Both the position numbers and the translations under genes were made by a program. 11,982 bases of DNA from Octopus sinensis. Lineage: Eukaryota. The DNA is taken from the NCBI RefSeq assembly GCF_006345805.1, contig NW_021826753.1, forward strand, positions 1 to 11,982. The letters are read 5' to 3'. A model generated the notes under the pieces. That model was given only the letters and a program-made list of their open reading frames with translations, had not been told where the DNA came from and ran no database searches. Below are positions 1-8,513 of this stretch, in pieces. Each line of letters begins with the position of its first letter. Positions within the stretch are counted from its first letter, which is position 1.

Positions 1-4
1 CATG

Positions 5-174
5 TATGTATAAAGAATATATATAAATACAAATGGGACAAGAACGCAAAACATTCAAATAGTCTTGACTGAAGAATAGAGGCTTCGAATGACCCATCCG
101 TTTTCTGTGTTGTATATTTGAATGTTTTGCGTTCTTGTCCCATTTTGTATTTTTATATATATTTTTTATACATA
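5..174. repeat. Inverted repeat (arms ~57-60 bp) with 53-bp spacer; probable internally deleted fold-back/Penelope-like remnant
   Basis: 5-61 (tatgtataaagaatatatataaatacaaatgggacaagaacgcaaaacattcaaata) is the near-perfect reverse complement of 115-174. Confidence 0.9.
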
Positions 175-250
175 AATTTTTGCGGCCTAACGTACACCTT
201 GTTCTCTTATATGTATATATATATACACACACACATATATATATATATGT

Positions 251-572
251 AATTGCGCTTGCGCGGTGAATTTTGAAAAATTATAACTTATAATGATGAT
301 ACACGTGTTATTTGTCTCTAAATTATATGTTAATTGTTAAGGCACCGTTACTGATGAGGATTCGCCTAGCAAATTATTTTATTTGCTAAAATAATCTGAA
401 ACCTAGGTATAACCGTAAAATCTAACAAGGTAAAAGTTTTTATCTTTCATTCCGTTCGAAAATTGCTCTTAAATGTGGTTTTGGTCGTGTTTGACTACTT
501 CTTCTAGCGTGTATAAATTACCTGTTAAGGTAGTTTTCTCTTGTGCTTAAATGTACACTATTTTATATTGAG
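251..572 (+). mobile_element. Probable Penelope-like pseudo-LTR / non-autonomous remnant carrying a hammerhead motif
   Basis: ~320-bp complex-sequence island between TA-rich microsatellites. It contains a type I hammerhead at 344-416, and its last 22 bp recur inverted at 638-659. No RT or GIY-YIG coding sequence is seen, so the family call is inference. Confidence 0.55.
344..416 (+). ncRNA. Type I hammerhead ribozyme, minimal/dimer-type
   Basis: Stem I accgtta(344-350)/taaccgt(410-416) pairs 6 of 7. Core CTGATGA 351-357. Stem II ggatt(358-362)/aatct(393-397), extended by tagcaaat(367-374)/atttgcta(381-388). GAAA 398-401. Palindromic stem III acctaggt 401-408. Cleavage triplet GTA 407-409. 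Confidence 0.75.
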
Positions 573-638
<66 letters not shown>

Positions 639-659
639 TCAATATAAAATAGTGTACAT
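551..659. repeat. Palindrome: perfect 22-bp inverted repeat enclosing (TA)n
   Basis: atgtacactattttatattgag (551-572) and ctcaatataaaatagtgtacat (638-659) flank an almost pure (TA)n tract at 573-637. Confidence 0.95.
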
Positions 660-669
660 ATATATGTAT

Positions 670-872
670 ATAGTGAAAATTCACAAAACGAAAAAAAAAA
701 ACAAAAGACGAAGACAGGTGGTGTAGACAACAAACAGATGTATTAGTTTAACGCTTGGAAAGTGAAGAAGTCTATAACGTTTCGATCCTACGCTCTTCTA
801 CAGAAAGGAACACAGAAAGAAACAAGGAGAGATAATAAGGAATGTGTAGTGGCGAGCGATCTATCATGGCGA
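670..872 (-). mobile_element. Short interspersed repeat with degenerate hammerhead-like motif (Penelope-like remnant)
   Basis: ~200-bp island next to a TA tract. The minus strand reads cttt-CTGTAGA-a-gagc-gtag-gatc-GAAA-cgtt at 807-776. Confidence 0.45.
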
Positions 873-874
873 TG

Positions 875-1113
875 AGTGTGAGTGTGTGTGTGTGTACATG
901 TGTGGCTATGTGTGTGCGTGGGTGTGTCTGTGTCTTTGTCTCTGTGTTTGTCTCCCCAAACGTTGCTGGTGTGTTTACATCTCCGTAACTTAGCGGTTCG
1001 GTGAAAATGACCGACACAATAAGTCCTGGGGTCGATTTGTCCGGCTAAAACCCCATCTCAAGGCGGTGCTCCAGAATGGCCACAGTCAGATGACTGAAAC
1101 AAGTAAAAGAAAA
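875..1113 (+). mobile_element. SINE family 1 (CORE-like), 5'-truncated: (TG)n tract plus 3' half
   Basis: Shares cggttc.gc/gt, aataagtcctggggtcgatttg, aaggcggtgctccag.atgg, atgac.gaaa...gtaaaaga with the reverse complement of the full copy at 8093-8513. Confidence 0.85.
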
Positions 1114-1334
1114 TATATATATCTACACCCACACTGACATGTTTACATATACACATACGCGTATATGTATATAGACATAGACTTACATACACACATTCGC
1201 ATACCTACACAGATACATACATTCACGAATATGTATATACACACATGCACGCACGCATAAACACGCATAAATTCACATATATACACACAAACAAATACAC
1301 AAATGCATATACAAATATGCAGACATATATACAC
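1114..1334. repeat. Degenerate CA/TA microsatellite
   Basis: Alternating purine-pyrimidine low-complexity sequence. Confidence 0.85.
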
Positions 1335-1487
1335 TGCTGAGGAAAAGAAACTGAGTCGCAGTGCACCTATATGTTGTGAACCTGAATTGGGCAGGGGACG
1401 TATGGCCCGTGGTCCCAGCCTTGGATGAACCTTGAAACTAATGTTCAGGTCGTTTGGGCAATGCTGGGCGTATATTCTCCACATCGA

Positions 1488-1667
1488 ATATATACAAGTA
1501 CATATGCTCAAGCATATGCACACATATGCCTGCAAGCATATGAACGCGTATAAATACATCCATGTACATGCGTGCATACAAACATACACACATACATATA
1601 TACATACATACACACACATATATATATATACATAATCACACATACATACACACATATATATATATAT

Positions 1668-1716
<49 letters not shown>

Positions 1717-1730
1717 GAGAGAGAGAGAGA
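1488..1730. repeat. Compound microsatellite (TACA/TA/CA/GA)
   Basis: Degenerate tract ending in pure (CA)n, (TA)n and (GA)n runs. Confidence 0.95.
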
Positions 1731-1986
1731 TAAACTTAGATATGTTTCGACCAAAGATTGGTCAGGCCATGTCTAACTTTATAGCACCACCTAATAGGAT
1801 TATCTAAATCCTTTTGAAGTCAAGTTTTGTTTATGGTCCATTCAAGTAGTGAGTTGAGTTAGTTGTATCCATGTATGGGTGGCTTATCCTATATTCCTTG
1901 AAGAAATCTGTCCAGACTCCGTTTAAAGGTGATGGAATCCCTTTCCTCTTTAAAAGTTTTGGGACAATGTTAAACAGGGCAGGGCC
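1731..1986 (-). mobile_element. Decayed 3' end of a non-LTR retrotransposon (CR1/L2-group-like ORF2 C-terminus plus 3' UTR)
   Basis: With one frameshift the minus strand translates to GPALFNIVPKLL/KEERDSITFKRSLDRFLQGI*DKPPIHGYN*LNSLLEWTINKT* (stop at 1822-1820). This resembles, from recall, the GPxLFN..LP....FKxxLDxFL..IPDxP..GY...NSL C-terminus of these LINEs. A 3' stem-loop lies at 1736-1776. Confidence 0.7.
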
Positions 1987-2096
1987 TACACACATGCACA
2001 TATACATATATATACACACACATACATACGTGCATAAATATATGCAAGAAATGTTATGTACTCCTTAAGTCTAAATCTTATGTCTAATGTGCCAAT

Positions 2097-2146
2097 GTAG
2101 AACTAGACTGATGAAGTCTATCGAGGAAGAAACATGTCGCATCTAC
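2097..2146 (+). ncRNA. Degenerate type I hammerhead ribozyme motif
   Basis: CTGATGA 2108-2114, eroded stem II gtct/ggaa, GAAA 2129-2132, palindromic acatgt 2132-2137, GTC triplet 2136-2138. Only the distal part of stem I pairs (gtaga/tctac). Confidence 0.5.
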
Positions 2147-2334
2147 CTTCTTTTGTTCGTAATAAGCAAAATCAAGTGTTTTTTTCTCATTAGCAGATCA
2201 GTTCTACCTGCCACTTCATCTAATTTGTTTTGCTATTTTTCAAGTGGCTAATGGAGACGAAGAGAGAAATGAAAACAAAGACATGGGCAACGATGTTCAT
2301 GTTGCTTATTGTTATCGCCATCAGGCGATGCCGT

Positions 2335-2535
2335 CAGCGATGATGATGTTAATGAGGAAGAGGTCGATGACGAAGATGGGGATGATGACAATGGTGATAA
2401 CGACGACAAACGATGATGATGTACGACGACGATGATGATGATGATGATGACAATGATAATGACAACGACGACGATGATGACGACGACGTCAACGACGATG
2501 TTGATGATGATGATGGCAACGGCAATGATGATGAT

Positions 2536-2567
<32 letters not shown>

Positions 2568-2661
2568 CGTCGACGACGATGTTGATGTTGATGATGATGA
2601 TGACAACGGCAATGATGATGATGACGACAACGACGATGATGATGATGACGATCACGACGAC

Positions 2662-2693
<32 letters not shown>

Positions 2694-2850
2694 CAACGAC
2701 GACGATGATGATGACGACTACGATAATGTTGTTGATGATGATGATGATAATTATGATGGTGGTGGTGGTGGGGATCATGATGTTGATGGTAATGCTTGTG
2801 GAAAGAAGGGAGACGTAACCATAATGTTAATGATTGAAATGATAATGCTG
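2335..2850 (+). repeat. (GAT/GAC)n trinucleotide low-complexity array with internal higher-order duplication
   Basis: Long GAY tract, purest at 2410-2750. It generates the poly-D/M/H/I/S ORFs in all frames. Confidence 0.95.
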
Positions 2851-2916
2851 ACAATTAGCGCCTGAAAATGGGAGGCAGATCCTCTCGAGGTTGACTACAA
2901 CCGTAATATCCCTTCT

Positions 2917-3190
2917 ACAATCACCAGCATCACCATCATCTCCACAAACACCGCCGCCATCACAACTATATCTAATGCCACCATCATCACCATCACCACA
3001 ACTACCGTTATCACCAACACCACTACACCACTAGCATGACTCCTACCATCCCTTCACTCTCTCCATAAAAATTATAACCAGATCCATCAAAACCTCTACC
3101 ACCTTAATTACTACCACCGCCACTAAGACTATGACAATAACCATCAACATCATCACCAACACCACCGACACTATCTTCATCATCATTTTC
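2917..3190 (+). repeat. Degenerate (CAT/CAC/AAC)n low-complexity tract
   Basis: Repeated caccat/catcac/accacc triplets. Confidence 0.85.
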
Positions 3191-3202
3191 ACCCACAATG
3201 TC

Positions 3203-3240
3203 AAGGGGGCGGGCAGCACGAAAAGGTTTGGGAATCACTG
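3203..3240 (-). mobile_element. Solo hAT (Charlie-like) terminal inverted repeat fragment
   Basis: The minus strand starts cagtgattcccaaaccttttcg, resembling CAGTGGTTCCCAA(A)CCTTTT termini. The adjacent 8 bp cactataa has a central TA as in Charlie-type target sites. No partner end was found. Confidence 0.5.
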
Positions 3241-3400
3241 CACTATAACAACAGAAACAGTGAAAAAAATCACCATCAAACGGTAGTATTGATCAATTCA
3301 GTCAACAAACCCCACTGTATACCAGCTGACCAGTCGTTGGGTTTAGAGTTTATTGAGAAAAGTCACTTTTTGAATGAAATAGAACCAAGAAATGTGCTAA

Positions 3401-3454
3401 CATCCTTAAACATGCTGAATGAATGACCATCCTTAAAATCTGCAGAATGAATGG
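3401..3454. repeat. Imperfect 27-bp tandem duplication
   Basis: catccttaaacatgctgaatgaatgac followed by catccttaaaatctgcagaatgaatgg. Confidence 0.75.
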
Positions 3455-3794
3455 AAAATAAATCCACCTCCACATCCATCCCCATATTACTATCATTCCT
3501 TCCTCTACTCCCATCATCTACTTGCCTTCTACCAAGTACACTCAGAAATACTCACATAGGTAAATTGGCCTTCATACTGGCATGAAGGGATAAACATCTC
3601 TCTGCGATTCATCCACTAATGCAGTATCGCCTCATGAAATGGATCAATGATGATGATCAACCAGATGCCCACAGATACTACGGATTTTACTTTACTCATC
3701 CCAAAGACTCTCATGTTAAAGTCATGTGATTTGTGGAAACGCGCGTAGCAATGAATTAAATATTCATAAATTCTATCCAAGATTTACTGTTATT

Positions 3795-3879
3795 ACATAC
3801 ATACATACATACACACACACACAAACACACCTACATGCACACACATATACATACCTACATGCATACGTCTGTGTATATA
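3795..3879. repeat. (TACA)n/(CA)n microsatellite
   Basis: Directly visible. Confidence 0.9.
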
Positions 3880-4055
3880 AATCGGGAAGACTGACGGGAT
3901 TGAGTATGGGATATATTATGCAAAGAGAAATTTTGTATAATAGTTTGTAGTTACAATACGATGTCCTACATGGCTCACAGTAAGTGGAAAATGAGGCGGA
4001 ATGTTTGGAATGTCTCATCAATCATGGATAATACATAGGTATGTGCAACATTTCA

Positions 4056-4056
<1 letters not shown>

Positions 4057-4096
<40 letters not shown>

Positions 4097-4616
4097 TACA
4101 CACACAAGTACATGTATGTGTGCGTGTAAATGTAAATATTTCACATTTAATCTGTTTCATTGATTCAATATATATATATATATATATCACACACACATAC
4201 ACATATATACGTACACGCACATATATTATATATATATATTATATATATATATATACGTATACATATATATATATGTAATATGTATATTATATATATATAT
4301 TATATATATATATATATATATAATATTATATATATAATATTATATATATATATATGTGTGTACATATATACTATATATGCACTCAACAATATATGTATAT
4401 ATTCCCTACATATGTATATATACGCTCTATATCTATCGGAACACCATTAGGTATGCATATATGTATTCATTACGCACACACACACACACGCACACCACAC
4501 ACACACACGCACGCACATACACACACATATATATATACACACGCATGCACACACACGGAAGCACATACACACACACAGAGTCACAGACAGACAGACAGAC
4601 ACACACACACACACAT
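4057..4616. repeat. Large compound microsatellite (TA, CA, CAGA)
   Basis: (TA)n 4059-4091, degenerate TA 4168-4430, CA/CAGA 4475-4615. Confidence 0.95.
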
Positions 4617-5364
4617 AAGTACCTAAAAACGCGCGTACTTGCGGAATAACAGCTATAATAAGCTGTCGCATTTTGAACTGCATTGTATAAGTGTATGTAT
4701 TTTGAAAATGATATGCGAATAACTTCTACTGCGGCATAATTTTTCTGTAACACAAAATTTTCATTTTGTGTGAAGCCCTTAATGAATCTTAGCCAATATC
4801 TTCAATTTATGGAGTTGTGCACTATTCTTTCATCCTTCAGCTTTCATTAGTACATTGACAGTGAAATGGCGTTTATCTCTTCGGCTGAAAGTATGCCTAT
4901 GGCGTGTGAAGTATGTCTTAAATGAGATTCCCGTCAGACTCATTCATACAATCCTCCGATTACACATCAGTTTTCGAGTAAAACTCCTTCAAAATTCATA
5001 ATGTATGTTATTGAGAGAACTGTGACTGTCTTGAAGTGGATTGTATATAACTACTTAGCTGTGAATAAAGTTTTCAGGTTGCATGTTGCCAAAACATCTA
5101 ATGGTAACGTTAAATGGTTTTTTACGAATAATATTTCAGTATCCAAACTTTAATCAAATATGAAGAGGGAACGGATCTACGATATTTAAAAAAATCTCCA
5201 GAAAAGTATGCACGATATTCATAGTGTAACATCCCCAAGAAATAGAGGACCGAAGGGCAACACACACACACACACCTACGCAACAGAAGAACATACATAT
5301 GTGAATGTGATTGTATTTGCCTATACTATAATTTGTATATATAATATGAAAATATGTTTCCATA

Positions 5365-5382
5365 TCTATCTATATGCTTGTC

Positions 5383-5416
<34 letters not shown>

Positions 5417-5745
5417 TATATACACATGCATACATATATATGTGTGTGTATATATATATATATATATGTATATTTGTATATGTATATGTATATATATATG
5501 CATGTATATATGTATATATATATATATACATATATATGCATATATGTGTGTACATATATTATTTTTAACTTCCAAGAATTTGAATTAAATCCATATATAT
5601 ATATACATGTATACATATATACATATATATATATATATGATATATACTATATATATGTATATATATATATATATATTATATATACACACACACACATATG
5701 TATATATACGTATACTTGTATGCATATACATGTACGTATATTGCT
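5365..5745. repeat. Degenerate (TA)n/(TATG)n microsatellite
   Basis: Directly visible; source of the Y/I-rich ORFs. Confidence 0.95.
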
Positions 5746-5906
5746 ATGTTAAAATCCTGTATTGGCATGTTAAGGTAACCTTACCAGCATCATTGTTACA
5801 TGGGCGTGTATCTAACATATTAATATCAATATCAGTTATTAGTTTTTATTTCATTGTGAATGATTGTTATAAGTAAAAAAACCCAATCCTTCCTGCTGTC
5901 ATATGA

Positions 5907-5984
5907 TATTATACATATGTATATATAATTATGCGCGCACACACCATACATACATACATACATACATACATACATACATACATT

Positions 5985-6026
<42 letters not shown>

Positions 6027-6047
6027 TATATATGTATATATAAATAT

Positions 6048-6082
<35 letters not shown>

Positions 6083-6112
6083 CGTGTACATGCTTCCGTG
6101 TATGTATGCGTA
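5907..6112. repeat. (TACA)n-(TA)n compound microsatellite
   Basis: Directly visible. Confidence 0.95.
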
Positions 6113-6282
6113 TTTGTGAAAGCTATATTTTGTTCTCTATATCATTTTGTATTATCGTCATCAAAATCTCATGCATCATATTTAACTGCAACAATAGGTA
6201 TTTATGTACATGTAGAGAACCCTGGATTCCATAAGTTAAATGAGCTCTATCGATAATAAAGCGAACCCTCGCTGTTTTACAT

Positions 6283-6404
6283 GATATATATATATTTATA
6301 TTTATACATGTGTGTGTGCGGGTGTGCGTGTGTATGTGTGTGTACGTGTGCGTATGTTTAAGTGCGTGCGTGCGTGTGTGTGGTGTGTGTGCTGTGTGTG
6401 TGTA
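6283..6404. repeat. (TA)n-(TG/TGCG)n microsatellite
   Basis: Directly visible. Confidence 0.9.
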
Positions 6405-6446
6405 TCACAGCCTGTCAAACTGTTCTCTATAAACTGAACAAAAAAA

Positions 6447-6493
6447 TTGACTTATTCGACTTTCGGACCTTATTGCGGTTTCATCAGAGGTAA
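6447..6493 (-). ncRNA. Degenerate type I hammerhead ribozyme motif
   Basis: Minus strand: ttacct-CTGATGA-a-acc-gcaataa-ggt-cc-GAAA-gtcgaa-TA-agtcaa. The core boxes are intact, stem III is near-palindromic and stem I pairs 4 of 6. Confidence 0.45.
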
Positions 6494-7062
6494 TGACATC
6501 TCTTGAATAATGCATATCAAATCTAGTAGATTCAGGGAACTAGAATTACTAATAAAGTGTTTTACACTTTATTTAAAATCAGCACCCTTTCAAGAGGGTA
6601 CTCAGTCAACACAGAATGAAGGTATGATGTAATATATGTAGATCGTCAAGGTAGGAATGAAAACATGTAATATTTAACTATTTCTTCGTGCAGCTTTAAT
6701 CAATTGCGATCACTTACTGGAGTCTCATCAAAAGTATCTACATCTCTCGAACAATTCCAGAAAAGCAAGTAGCTATTCTATTTATATGCATGTCAAGTCT
6801 CGTTGCTTTAAAGATTCCTATGTTGCTGCATGTCGAAATATAAACATTTTTTGCAACATTTAAATGTCTGAAGTTATGAAATATTTAATGTCGTCCATTT
6901 TCTATGTAATTATACTTCGTAGAAAGAGAAAAACTACAGCTAAGATATTTGCATATTAAAAAAAAATATAAAGTCGTACTAGATCAAGAACATTAGATAA
7001 GAACCACTTCCTGTTATATAAACATACATGTAATCACAGTGACGCATGGGTGTGTGTTTCAC

Positions 7063-7221
7063 AAAAAAAAAAGAAAGAAAGAGAGCGAGAGATAAAGGGA
7101 GAATTGAAGAGGGAGTAAGTCAGATCAAAAGAGAACGAGTCGCAAAATGTATGATTTTGAAATATGAATATGATAGTTTTAAACAAAGAGAGTGAAAAAG
7201 AGAAAGAAAGAGTGAGAGAAA
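7063..7221 (+). repeat. GA-rich low-complexity tract
   Basis: Purine-rich aaag/ga runs. Confidence 0.7.
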
Positions 7222-7310
7222 TATTGTAACATCCCTTTTTGGGGGGCTTCTTTGTTATTGTTTTTTCTTAGCTCCTTTCTAACACCCTACAGATTTTTCT
7301 CCTTTGAATA

Positions 7311-7707
7311 TCCTTTCTACTAAAAGCACAAAGCCTCAGATTTTTGGAGAGGTGTCTAATCGATTACATCAACTCCAGTATTTCGCTGATATTTATTTAA
7401 TCGACCCCGAAAGGATGAAAGGCAAAGTCGACCTCGGCGGAATTTGAACTCAGAACGTAGCGGCAGACGAAATACCTATTTCTTTACTACCCACAAGGGG
7501 CTAAACACAGAGAGGACAAACTAGGACAGACAAACGGATTAAGTCGATTATATCGACCCCAGTGCGTAACTAGTACTTATTTAATCGACCCCAAAAGGAT
7601 GAAAGGCAAAGTCGACCTCGGCGGAATTTGAACTCTGAACGTAGCGGCAGACGAAATGCCGCTAAACATTTCGCCCGGCGTGCTAACGTTTCTGCCAGCT
7701 CACCGCC
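7311..7707 (-). mobile_element. SINE family 2 (tRNA-derived, Meta/MESC-like central domain), dimeric form
   Basis: Head ggcggtgagctggcagaaacgttagc with A-box-like 7697-7683 and B-box gagttcaaattcc 7635-7623. The body gtcgactttgcctttcatcctttcggggtcgat occurs twice with a 184-bp period; junction at 7477/7476. The domain name is from recall. Confidence 0.9.
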
Positions 7708-7776
7708 TTATCACATTTGAATATCAGTGGTTTTGAAACTGCAATAAAGAGAAAAGGATAAGCTGACATTTTTTTG

Positions 7777-8066
7777 TCTTTTACTTTTCGTTAGACAAGT
7801 ATTTATCTATTTATTTCTAAGCCTGGTACTTATTCTATCGGTATATTTTGTTGAACCGCTTTATTAGGGCGACGTAAACACTTAACCACCGGTGTTGGTA
7901 AACACCCGGTTGTTTAGTGGTGGAGGAAGACAAGCACAAACACAAGGGAAGACATACACACTCACATATATACGACAGGCTTCTTTCAGTTTCCAAAGGT
8001 TTTGAGGAACTAAACTCAGCATGCTGTGGATAAGAAGCAAATTTCTTACCGCACAGCCACGCCAGC
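7777..8066 (-). mobile_element. SINE family 1, older internally deleted copy
   Basis: Shares taagcct.gtacttattctatc, tgaaccg, catatatacgac.ggcttctttca.tttcca and cttacc.cacag.cac with 8093-8513. Confidence 0.8.
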
Positions 8067-8092
8067 ATGTCTAATTTTAGAAAAAAATTAAA

Positions 8093-8274
8093 TCTTACTC
8101 TTTTACTTTTTTCGGTCATTTGATTGCGGCATGCTGGAGCACCGCCTTTAGTCAAGCAAATCGACCCCAGGACTTATTCTTTGTAAGCCTAGTACTTATT
8201 CTATCACTCTCTTTTGCTGAACCGTGATGTTGTGTGGACAGATATAGACACACAAACATACACACACACGCACA

Positions 8275-8324
<50 letters not shown>

Positions 8325-8513
8325 ACACACACACACACACATACATATATACGACGGGCTTCTTTCAATTTCCATTTACCAAATCCACTCACAAGGCTTT
8401 GGTCGGCCCGAGGCTATAGTAGAAGACACTTGCCCATGGTGCCACGTAGTGGGACTGAACCCAGAACCATGTGGTTTGGAAGCAAGCTACTTACCACACA
8501 GTCACTCCTACGC
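8093..8513 (-). mobile_element. SINE family 1 (tRNA-derived, CORE-like; octopus OR-type), near full length with internal (CA)n
   Basis: Pol III A-box tgactgtgtgg (8504-8494), B-box ggttcagtccc (8461-8451), CORE-like ggcaccatgggcaagtgtctt (8443-8423), (CA)n 8248-8345, 3' tail gtaaaagagtaaga. Confidence 0.9.

Noticed and set aside
1332-1363. cactg-CTGAGGA-aaa-GAAA-ctgag-TC-gcagtg hammerhead-like string
   Set aside because: Stem II is absent (only aaa between the boxes) and stem I is out of register by one base. It cannot form the canonical fold, though it could be a deleted relic.
1143-1754. 203-aa ORF and overlapping ORFs rich in C/V/Y/I/H/T
   Set aside because: Translations of CA/TA microsatellites, which lack stops by composition. 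The same applies to ORFs at 3726-4753, 5208-5876 and 8152-8519.
2248-2854. Poly-Ile/Val, poly-Ser, poly-Met/Thr and poly-His ORFs
   Set aside because: Alternative frames of the (GAT/GAC)n array, with no domain or gene structure.
3998-4021. Minus-strand ttgatga-gacattc-caaa-cattc resembling a hammerhead core
   Set aside because: Two core positions are wrong and there is no stem I.
4620-5260. 640-bp complex-sequence island with small hairpins (acagct/agctgt, cacaaaat/attttgtg)
   Set aside because: No ORF, paired termini or recognisable motif. Short hairpins are expected by chance in AT-rich DNA. It may be an unrecognised old repeat.
7396-7660. Repeated ~80-bp blocks with spacers, superficially CRISPR-like
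   Set aside because: These are SINE bodies with pol III boxes. The 'spacer' is itself repeated at 10319-10420, the context is eukaryotic and there are no cas genes.
8440-8513. tRNA-like A/B boxes as a tRNA gene
   Set aside because: No complete cloverleaf; the sequence continues directly into a SINE body.
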